DNA of 64,000 nucleotides from Squalus acanthias (Eukaryota): positions 158,040,001-158,104,000 of the forward strand of contig CM059431.1 of NCBI GenBank assembly GCA_030390025.1. The letters run 5' to 3'. The notes under the pieces are model-generated. The model had not been told where the DNA came from. It ran no database searches and saw only the letters and a program-made list of their open reading frames with translations. How positions within the stretch are numbered: the first letter of the stretch is position 1; every line of letters starts with the position of its first letter. Below are positions 54,690 through 64,000 of this stretch, piece by piece. Position numbers and translations under genes: made by a program.

Positions 54690-57215
54690 AGAACTTCAGA
54701 AATAGGAGCAGTAATAGCCCACTTGGCTCCTCGAACCTACTCCGCCATTCAATAAGATCATCGGTTATCTTGTGGTCTAAGCTACTTCCCTCTCAGCTCC
54801 CCCATACCCCTTCACTCCCTTATCTTGCAAAAAATGTCTCTATCTCCACCTTAAATGGATTTAATGACCCGGCCTCCACAGCTCAATGCGGCAGAGAATT
54901 CCACAGATTTACGATCCGCTAAGAGAAGAAATTCCTCCTCATCTCCGTTTCAAAATGGCGACCTTTATTCTGAAACTATGCCCAAGAGTTCTAGATTTCC
55001 CCACGTGGGGCAACATCCTCTCCGCATCCACCATGTCGAGATCCCTCAGTATCTTATATGTTTCAATAAGAACAGCTCTCATTCTTCTAAATTCAAATAG
55101 TATAGACCAAACCTGCTCATAAGTTAACCCCTTCATCGCTGGAATTAACACAGTGAATCGTCTCTGAACTGCCTCCAATGCAACTATATCCTTCCTTAAA
55201 TAAGGACACCAAAACTATACGCAGTACTCAAGGTGTGGTCTCACCAATACTCTGTACAGTTGTAGCAGGACGTCCCTGCTTTAATACTCTAACCCCCTTG
55301 AAATAAAGGCCAAAATTGCATTTGCCTTTTTGATTACGTGTTGCACCTGCATGATATCTTTTTGTGTTCCATGCACAAGGACCCCCCAGGTCCCTCTGAA
55401 CTGTAGCATTTTGTAATCTCTCTCCATTTAAATTAGAATTAGCTTTTTATTTTTTCCTGCCAAAGTGGATATCCTCGCACTTCCCCACATTATACTCCAT
55501 CTGCCAAATGTTTGCCCACTCACATAGCCTGTCTATATAACGTTGCAGATACTTTGAGTCCTCTCCACAACTTGCTATCCCACCCATCTTTGTATCATCC
55601 ACCAACTTGGCTACATTACACTCGCTCCATTCATCCAAGTCATTAATGTAGATTGGAAATAGTTGAGGCCCCAGCACCGATTCTTGTGGCACCGCACTAA
55701 TTACCGTTTTCCAACCGTAAAATTCACCATTTATCCCGACTCTCTGCTTTCTCTTAGTTAGACAATTCTCCATCCATTCTAATATATTACCCCCAACTCC
55801 GTCAGCTCTTATCTTATGCAATAACATTTCATGTGGCACCTTATCGAATGCCTTCTGTATCTTCAAATGCACCACATCCACTGGCTCACCTTTGTCCAAC
55901 CTGCTTTGTCACATCCTCAAAGAACTCCAGAAAGTTTGTTAAACAAGTCTTTCCTTTCATAAAGCCATGCTGATTTTGCTTGACTGCATTATGATTTTCC
56001 AAATGCCCTGCTACTGCTTCCTCAATGAAGCACTCCAGCATTTTCCCAACGACAAATGTTCGGCTAACTGGTATATAGTTGCCTGCTTTCTGTCTCACTC
56101 CTTTCTTGAATAGGGGTGACTCATTTGCGGTTTTTTTCAATCCGCTGGGACCTCTCCAGAGTCCAGGGAATTTTGGTATATTGCAAGCAATGCATGCACT
56201 ATCTCTGTAGCAACTTATTTTAAGACCCTGGGCTGCAGGCATTCCGGTCCAGTGGTATTGTCATCTTTTATTCCCCTTATTTTATCAAGTACTTTTCCTT
56301 AGTGATAGTGATTGTCTTTAGTTCCCCATTCCATCTGGCCGCTTGATTATCCATTATTGGGATGTTGTTAGTGTCATCCATCATGAAGAATGATACAAAA
56401 TATTTTTTCACAGACTCTGTCATTTCCCCGTTCCGCATTATTAATTCTTCAGTCTCATCCTCTACGGGACCAACGTTTACATTATCAACTCTATTCCTTT
56501 TTATATTCCTATTGAAGCTCTTACTAACTGTTTTAATATTTCTTGCCAGATTACTCTCATAATTCATCTGCTCTCTCTTTGTAAATTTTTTTAGTCATCC
56601 TTGGCTGGTTAATAAAAAAAAATCAATCCTCTGACCTCCCACCAATCTTAGCAATATTGTATGCCTTCGTTTTCAATTTGGTACCATCCTTTACTTCCTT
56701 ATTAGAGACGGATGGTGCTCCCTTCTCTTAAGATCTTTCTCTCTCACTGGAATATATTTTTGTTGAGAGTAATGAAATATCTCCTTCAATGTCCACCATA
56801 GCATTTCAACTGTCTTAACCTTTAATTTATTCTTCACGTCCACTTTAGCCAATTCTGCCCTCATGCCATTGTAATTGCTTTTGATTAAGATCAGGACATT
56901 TTTTTGATATACAACTTTGTCACCCTCCAAATAAATTTCAAATTCAAGCATGCTATGACCACTCTTTCCTAGAGGATCCTTTATTATGAGATGAGTTCTT
57001 AATTCTGCCTCATTACACAGTACCAGATCCAAGATAGCCTGCTCCCTATTTAATTCCATTACATACTGTTCTCGGAAACCATCCCGGATGCATTCTATGA
57101 ACTCCTGCTCAACGCTACCATGGCCAATTTGATTTGTCAAAACAATATGGAGATTAAAATCTATCATGATTATTACCGTACCTTTTTTACAGGCCTCCAT
57201 TATTTGTTGATTTTT
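54690..57215 (-). mobile_element. Degenerate CR1 LINE ORF2 (endonuclease end to 3' UTR)
   Basis: Consecutive frameshifted peptides at 56691..57200, 56277..56567, 55886..56242, 55447..55899 and 54939..55178. Confidence 0.9.
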
Positions 57216-57224
57216 AATCAGTCC

Positions 57225-57742
57225 CAGAGTATTGCTATTGTGAATGCTCTTGAGAGGATGCAGAGGAGAATTACCAGAATGTTTCAGGGGGTGAGGTATG
57301 TTAGCTACAAGGACAAGTTAGAAAATCTGGATTTGTTTTCATTCGATCAAAGGAGGTTGAGGGGTGATTTGATAGAGGTGTACAAGATTATGACCGGCTT
57401 GGATAGGCAATATGGGGAAAGGCTGTTCCCACTACTTGATGCAACAAGGACTAGGGGACACAGATGCAAGGTTTTGGCAAGAGATACAGGGCGGATGTGA
57501 GAAAAAAAACAATCTTCCACAGCGAGTGTTGAGAACCTGGAACTCGCTGCCGACGGAAGTGGTGGAAGCGGAGACACCAATGTTTTTCAGGGGAAACTGG
57601 ATAGGCACTTGAGGGAAGTAAGTTTGCAGGGCTACGGGGAAAGAGCGGGGGAAAGGGACTGACTGAATTGCTCTACAGAGGGACGGCACGGACTCGATGG
57701 GCTGATGGCCTCGTTCTGTGCAGTTATGACTCTATGACTCTA
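57225..57742 (+). mobile_element. CR1 3' fragment
   Basis: [29 protein letters not shown] peptide and tatgactc tail. Confidence 0.85.
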
Positions 57743-58065
57743 TGAGGAGGGGTTCAAGTATAGATTCCTGGGAGGGGTGTGCACTAGAGGGAACGGTGCG
57801 GGAGCGGGAAGAAAAGCCATTGCAGGTGATTCGGTGGCTACTATTAGAGAGATAACAATGGAACCGGAGTGTTGCAGTCACACCCAGCTGGACGACGGTG
57901 GAGAGGCGTTGTAGGAAGATGGAGTGCTCAATCGATTCAAAGGCTGCAGGCAGGTCGTGAAGTGCGAGGAGAGAGAGTTTACCTTTGTGACAGTCACAAA
58001 GGATGTCTTTTGCGATTTTGATAATAGCCGTTTCGGTATTGTGGCAGGAGCAGAAACTGATTGAA
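57743..58065 (-). mobile_element. L2-type LINE RT fragment
   Basis: HNTETAIIKIAKDIL..SLLALHDLPAAFESIEHSIFLQRL resembles the L2 HSTETAL..LLDLSAAFDTVDH motif. Confidence 0.75.
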
Positions 58066-60260
58066 TTCTGATAATCTGTATGGCCCCATACAAAACTGGC
58101 AGGATTCCATAGAATGCGAATCTTCATACACAACTTGCAGAATCCTAATACACTCTAACACCCCATACATTATTTGCAGGTACCTGTTAATTTTTGAAAC
58201 ACCGTGCACACCTGACAGGGTACCGATTTACAGTGAAGCACCATATATAACTTGCTGGTTCCTGATACACTGTGAAACCCCATACACACCTGGCAGGATC
58301 CTAATACACTGTAAAACCTTTGCACACCTGGCAGGATCCTGATGCACTGTGAAACCCCATAGACACCTGGCAGGATCCTGATGCACTGTGAATCCCCATA
58401 CTCACCTGGCTGGATCCTAATACACAGTGAAATCCCATAAACACCTGGCAGGATCCCGATACACTGTGAACCCTTGCATATCTGGCATTATCCTCATAAT
58501 TGAGAGGTCGCACAACACCAGGTTATAGTCCAACAGTTTTATTTGAAATCACAAGCTTTCGGAGCTGTCGATCGCCCCTTCCTCAGGTGAAGTAGTAAAG
58601 AAATACAGACTCGATAAAGCATATATAGATAGAGAACAATGCATGTGTACCTTACAATTGCAGACAACTAAATTAAATCATCCTGACTATCTGCCGAGGT
58701 GTGATAAAGTTAATCAGGTCAGCCAGGAAGGTACCACTTCAAAGACATAGCAAGATACAACTGAGAAAATGAGGTGGAGTCGCAGGGGGTCTAACGTGTC
58801 AAAAGCTGCCGTCTGTATGTAAAATGATAAGCTGTAATTTTTTTTACTTTTTTACTGGGAAAATTTTTACTTTATTACTGGGAATCACATCTGTGAACAA
58901 GCCAACGACGACTCGAGTCCGGATCACGACATGTATCGTGACATAAACCCAAGATCCCGGTTGAGACCGTCTTCATGAGTGCTGAACTTGGCTATCAGTT
59001 TCTGCTCGATGATTTTGCGCTGTCGTGTGTTCCTAAGGTTGCCTTGCCTCGGATCTGCGGGTAAGCGTTCTCCAAGGCAACCTTAGGAACACACGACAGC
59101 GCAAAATCATCGAGCAGTAACTGATAGCCAAGTTCCGCATTCATGAAGACGGTCTCAACCGGGATCTTGGGTTTATGTCACGATACATGACGTGATCCGG
59201 ACTCGAGTCGTCGTTGGCTTGTTCACAGATGTGATTCCCAGTTAAAAAGTAAACATTTTCCCAGTAAAAAAGTAAAAAAAAATTACAGCTTATCGTTTTA
59301 CATACAGACGGCAGCTTTTGACACGTTAGACCCCCTGCGACTCCACCTCATTATCTCAGTTGTATCTTGCTATGTCTTTGATGTGGTACCTTCCTGGCTG
59401 ACCTGATTAACTTTATCACACCTCGGCAGATAGTCAGGATGATTTAATTTAGTTGTCTGCAATTGTAAGGTACACATGCATTGTTCTCTATCTATATATG
59501 CTTTGTCGAGTCTGTATTTCTTTACTACTTCACCTGAGGAAGGGGCGATCGACAGCTCCGAAAGCTTGTGATTTCAAATAAAACTGTTGGACTATAACCT
59601 GGTGTTGTGCGACCTCTCAATTTTGTCCACCCCAGTCCAACACCGGCATCTCCGCATTATTATCCTCATACACTGTGAAGCCTTTGCACACCTGGCAGAA
59701 TCCCGAAACACTGTGAAACCCTTGCAAACGTGGCAGGATCCTGATAAAATGTGAAACCCGATACACACCTGGCAGGATCGCCATATACATTAAAAACCCT
59801 TAATATTATGACAGGATCCTGATATACTTTTAAACCCTAATATATTTCGCAGATTCCCGTTACAATCAAAACCCCAAACACAAATGACAGGTTCCTGATA
59901 AACTGCAAAGCCTCATACATACCTGGCAGGATCCTGATACAGTGTGAAAACCATAAACACCGAGCAGGATTTTAATACAATGTTGAATCCGAAGATAACT
60001 GATATGATCCCTACAAAATTTGAAAGCCCATACATTCATGGCATTTTCCTGATGCACTATGAATCCCCAATCACACCGGCAGGATCCCAAAAACTGTGAA
60101 ACCTGGTACACAGATGTCAGGATCCTGATACACTGTGAATCCGCATACACACCTGACAGGATCAAGATTATCTGAAACCCAGTACACACCTGTCAGGATC
60201 CTGATACACTGAGAAACCCCATAAACATATGTTTCGATGCTGATACACTCTGAAACAAAA
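58066..60260 (+). repeat. Minisatellite, 38-39-bp unit (cacacctggcaggatcctgatacactgtgaaacccca), split by a Penelope insertion
   Basis: tggcagg recurs at 58291, 58329, 58368 and onward; degenerate at the edges. Confidence 0.88.
58499..59658. mobile_element. Penelope-like element insertion 5 (near-perfect inverted arms)
   Basis: Centre at ~59046. 12-bp TSD attatcctcata at 58487..58498 and 59659..59670. Confidence 0.9.
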
Positions 60261-61869
60261 TAAAGAACTCAAAAAAAATCAAAAATGAGTATTCTGTTCA
60301 CTGTGATTAGCGATATTCTTAGATTCATTCAAAATAATCGTGTTTACTATTATGAAGGAGTCAAATTCTCAAAAAATAACTATTATCCATTACAAGTCCA
60401 TTTATTAAAATAAAGGGATGAAATATATTGTACGCGTGAAAGAACATTTAATTAATAATAAACCGTGAAAGTCACCTGATTTCCTTGAGATTCACTGGAT
60501 GAGATGGCGAAATGACGAAACAGAATTTTCAGTCAATCTGTTGGCCTGTTCGTCATCCTAATTATCGTTACTCAGGTCCAGCTCCGTCAGTGAACCATTT
60601 ACACGGAGAGCAGAGATTATACTTTCCATACAATCATCTGAGAGGTAGTTAGATTTTAACCTGCAGTGATCGAAAAATAAATAGAGATAATATAAAAAAA
60701 CTCACTCATGTTAAAATAGTCACCACTTGCAAATAATTTTGTGTTGGAGATGCAAAATTCCGGGGGAATCCAGTTCCTGATGTTTGTACGCTCTCTCCCT
60801 TTCTAGATTAATTCCTTCTTAAAGTTACTTGAACAGAGAGATTTTCTGATCATCAATAACCCAGACATTTTTATCCAGAAATATCCTTCTGGTGGTGCTG
60901 TTCAATATTTTAAACACAACTACTCACTCCAGTCTCTTTATTTTACAATCATTTTTCTTCAGAACTGCAGAGAGCCGTTTCATTCCCGAATCTCCCAGTT
61001 TATTCTCATTGAGTCTAAATACAAAATCGAAAAACTCAGTAAAGAATATGGAATGATGCATCAAGCAGAAAATATTGCTAATTAATTAGTATATCTAACG
61101 TGGGGTACGTTGTGCACATCGAAGTCTCGAATATAGGACACGCAATTCAACTTCCATTCTATGACTTGCATTAAGTTAATTGTATATAGCGCATGCGGTA
61201 TATTCAGTGACCAGCAGAGAATGTGGTTGCTTAACCCGGAAGATCCTCTAACGCCCGAGGTCAAAATGTAAGCACACATTATGAAACGTATACATGTAAA
61301 TTAAGCAATGAGGAGTTGGCGGTTTAAATGCTGTAAACTTCTGGTCTGCAACGAAGATAAATTCACTACAAATGTCTCTCAGGGAATGATTCTCTTTATT
61401 CAATAAAGTACATTTAAGGTAAATATGGGGACCGTACCCCCGACCTTGTCATTATTTTAGGAAATGTATCTTTTCGATGCTTTGAGGTTCACAAATACAC
61501 TAAATTACTGCCCAAAACACACAGGATTTTCTGAGAACTTCATTGGAGCACCAATGAGGCTGATTGTAACATATCACTCGAATATGTAGAAAAATAGGTG
61601 GAGCAATATTCAACATCATATTCTTTTCATCCCGGCCTCTGATCATGCCTTAACATAGCAGTGCCTCTGGAAAGAGTGCTCAGAGTTTGAGGAAGAGCAG
61701 ACGAGAACACATATCTAATTGTCTCAATTGGCATCAGTGAGCTCAACAATAAAGTTATTGATTCGGCAAATCCGTTCTGTCGGAGAATTTAGAATTTTCC
61801 AAAAGCTTGTAATTTAATTAAACTGCCAAATTAAAGCAATTTTCTTTGTTTTTTTGTTTAACACAAAGC

Positions 61870-62195
61870 TAAATATTTTCTTAATGACCAGGTACCAATG
61901 GCAGTTACGGGAGGACAAAGATTTAAGTGAATTGGCAAACAGAAACAGAGGTGAGATGGGAAGAATTTGCTTTATGCAGCAAGTTGATAGGAGTTGCAAT
62001 GCAGTGCCTGAAAGAATTGTGGAAGCAGATTCTATCGTTCCTTTCAAAAGGGAATTCGATAAATACATGAATGGGAGTTAATTGTAGGGCTATGGGGAAA
62101 GAGCAGGAAAGTGGGCCTAATTAGAGAACTGTTTGGCAGTGCCGGCATGTGTATGATAAGCTGAATGACCTTCTTCAGTGCTGTAAGGTTCTGTG
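61870..62195 (+). mobile_element. Old CR1 3' fragment in NLR intron
   Basis: FMQQVDRSCNAVPERIVEADSIVPFKREFDKYM peptide and CR1 tail. Confidence 0.75.
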
Positions 62196-62549
62196 AAATT
62201 GCGATTTTTTCTGAAAGTAATCGAACATATGATGGTCTTATATCCCACTGGTTAATTCAGAGTCCCAGATGGTACAAAGAGTGCGCTAAATTCGGATGTG
62301 ATGTTGTTAACATCCATTCTGATCACTTTAAATAAGCAGCACAAAGCTTCCAGGTATTTCTGCAACAGAAACACCAATGCCGTCTCTTGCCATTCCACTG
62401 AACACATTGGAGTGAGAGAATGTGCTTATTAATGGGACAAATCGAAAATAGGTTTTGCTTTTCACCAATATTTTCCCACATACCAATAAAACAGTTGCTG
62501 TTTCTAATGCAATTGTAACTATTTCTACGCAATACCTGAGTATTTTACA

Positions 62550-62824
62550 GTAATACAAAAAAAAATACAGCAGATGCCGGAATATCTCTTAATTTCTCTC
62601 AACCTCTTCCGCCTTCTATCCTATCACTGAACTTCCCTTTTGTTCTTTCCTCCCCTCTCCTCTTTCCCAGCCTCTACACTTGCTTAAAAATCTGTTCCAT
62701 TTCGTGTTTTTTTACAGTTCTGAAGAAAGGTCATCGACCTGAAACGTTAACTCTGTTTCTCTCTTCACAGATGCTGCCTGACCTGCTGAGTTTCTACAGC
62801 AGTTTCTGTTTTTAATCCGGAATC
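62550..62824 (+). mobile_element. Penelope-like terminal fragment inserted in the last codons of the NACHT exon
   Basis: Same family as 52305-52490 in the opposite orientation. 7-bp TSD ttttaca at 62543..62549 and 62825..62831. Hammerhead motif at 62716..62752. Confidence 0.75.
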
Positions 62825-64000
62825 TTTTACATTTGTGCATCATGGGCTCCAGCTGACGGATCCCTTCATCTTGTACATCGCAAGTGTCCATATTCTGCTC
62901 TTCCATGACTTCAACGGCCACGAACGTGGTTGAAAGAATCGCACAGTCACAAGGTTTAAGAGGACATTGTTTGAAAATTACTTTCTTTAGCGGTGTTAAT
63001 GCGGCCTGCATCAGGTCTGTGTCTCCGAAAACACGAAAATAATCCAATATTTTTAAGAACGTCCATTGGGTTTGCCCTTCTTCTAAGTTTTTAACACGCG
63101 TGTTGAAATATTTTTCGAGCCAAAGCAACAAACTAGCGATTGTTTCAGAAGGAATTGGACCCAATTTCAGCTCAAGCTGACAAGTTGAATAGCGTGAGCA
63201 AACAACAACAAGAAACCGTGAAAATGTCTTAAAATTGTCGTCAGCGCACGGTAATCCGTTATCGAGCAATCGTGTCAGTCCATTTCCTGCTGGACTTTAT
63301 GCAAGAGCAGCGAGAAAGTCCTGCATAACGCAGTGAGTGAATGTGTAGACAACAGTACACATGTCTTTGTCTGGAATCTCCATCATAAACGCACAGATAA
63401 GATTAGGAAGTTCGATTATGTGGCGATTGAATTGGTCTGACTTAATCAAAACGGTTTTGTTGCAAACTCCCTTGTCGGCTAACTCGCCCAAATTTAAGCA
63501 ACATGTCGCGAGAGTTTAACGCGTCACAAACGCATCTCTCCAAAAGGACAGTGACGTAACTGGATAACACCCGTGTGCTGGTTGAGAAAAACAATGGTCT
63601 CTCCCTCACTCCTTGTGACCGGCGTGACTCTAATAGCGAATCGAGGACCGAGCAGTACAGGGCATTATTGCACATGGTGGACAACATCTTATTCTGCTCA
63701 ATGTACTCGATTACATCTGTCCCAAATTGTTCATCTACAAAATAACGACGAAAGTATTGTTCAATTTTCTCAGAGGTGAAACGCTGGATTTCGACCGACA
63801 AATTTATGTTTGCCTTTCCCGCTGACTCCAGTTTCCACGGCCGGCTTGTGATCAGCACTGAGCAGCCTTTCAGCAACTCTCCCTGTATGAGGCAGCGCAC
63901 GATGTCTGAAACTTCACAGCAGCACTCGGGATCGAAACACAGATTTTTGGGGTCGTTGTTTCTCTGATTATCGGTGAAATCAATGGTTTGCTCAAATTGA

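Larger units (their letters stand above)
60476..64000 (-). pseudogene. NLR (NACHT-LRR, NLRC3/NLRP-like) pseudogene, 3' part
   Basis: NACHT exon >64000..62536 reads DIVRCLIQGELLKGCSVLITSRP, YTFTHCVMQDFLAA, LKPCDCAILS and CKILR|gt. It has a +1 frameshift at ~63490, an in-frame TAA at 63297-63299 and an insertion at 62550..62824. LRR exon 61014..60928 is 87 bp (LNENKLGDSGMKRLSAVLKKNDCKIKRLE). LRR exon 60660..60476 (LKSNYLSDDCM..SLTELDLSNDN*) has a TAG at 60558-60560 and a length of 185, which breaks the frame. Confidence 0.9.

Noticed and set aside
58066..60260. CRISPR-like array of 38-39-bp repeats
   Set aside because: The repeats are head-to-tail and degenerate with no unique spacers, in a eukaryotic context; this is a minisatellite.

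Overview
This window is vertebrate intronic DNA, most likely from a cartilaginous fish (inferred from the CR1, L2 and Penelope repeats and the NLR sequence style). The prokaryote-style ORF track is therefore mostly uninformative. Bases ~1-51,660 form a tandem array of 7 units of about 5.5-6.3 kb before insertions (unit 4 starts at a truncated junction), and the array is open at the left edge. Every unit carries two + strand exons. Exon A is 161 bp (AG|..|GT, phase 1 to phase 0) and exon B is 199 bp (phase 0 to phase 1). All 14 exons are stop-free, constant in length and have canonical splice sites. B splices in frame to the next A, so the array can encode one continuous ~840-aa protein of 7 tandem 120-aa CARD-like (death-fold) modules. 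No + strand NACHT exon follows in the window. Instead, a convergent NACHT-LRR (NLR) pseudogene lies on the - strand at 60.5-64 kb. The introns contain two young 5'-truncated CR1 LINEs, one TIR element, old CR1/L2 debris and four young Penelope-like (GIY-YIG) insertions; a fifth lies in a 38-39-bp minisatellite beyond the array. These five are built as inverted arms with 11-12-bp TSDs and carry minimal hammerhead-ribozyme motifs.
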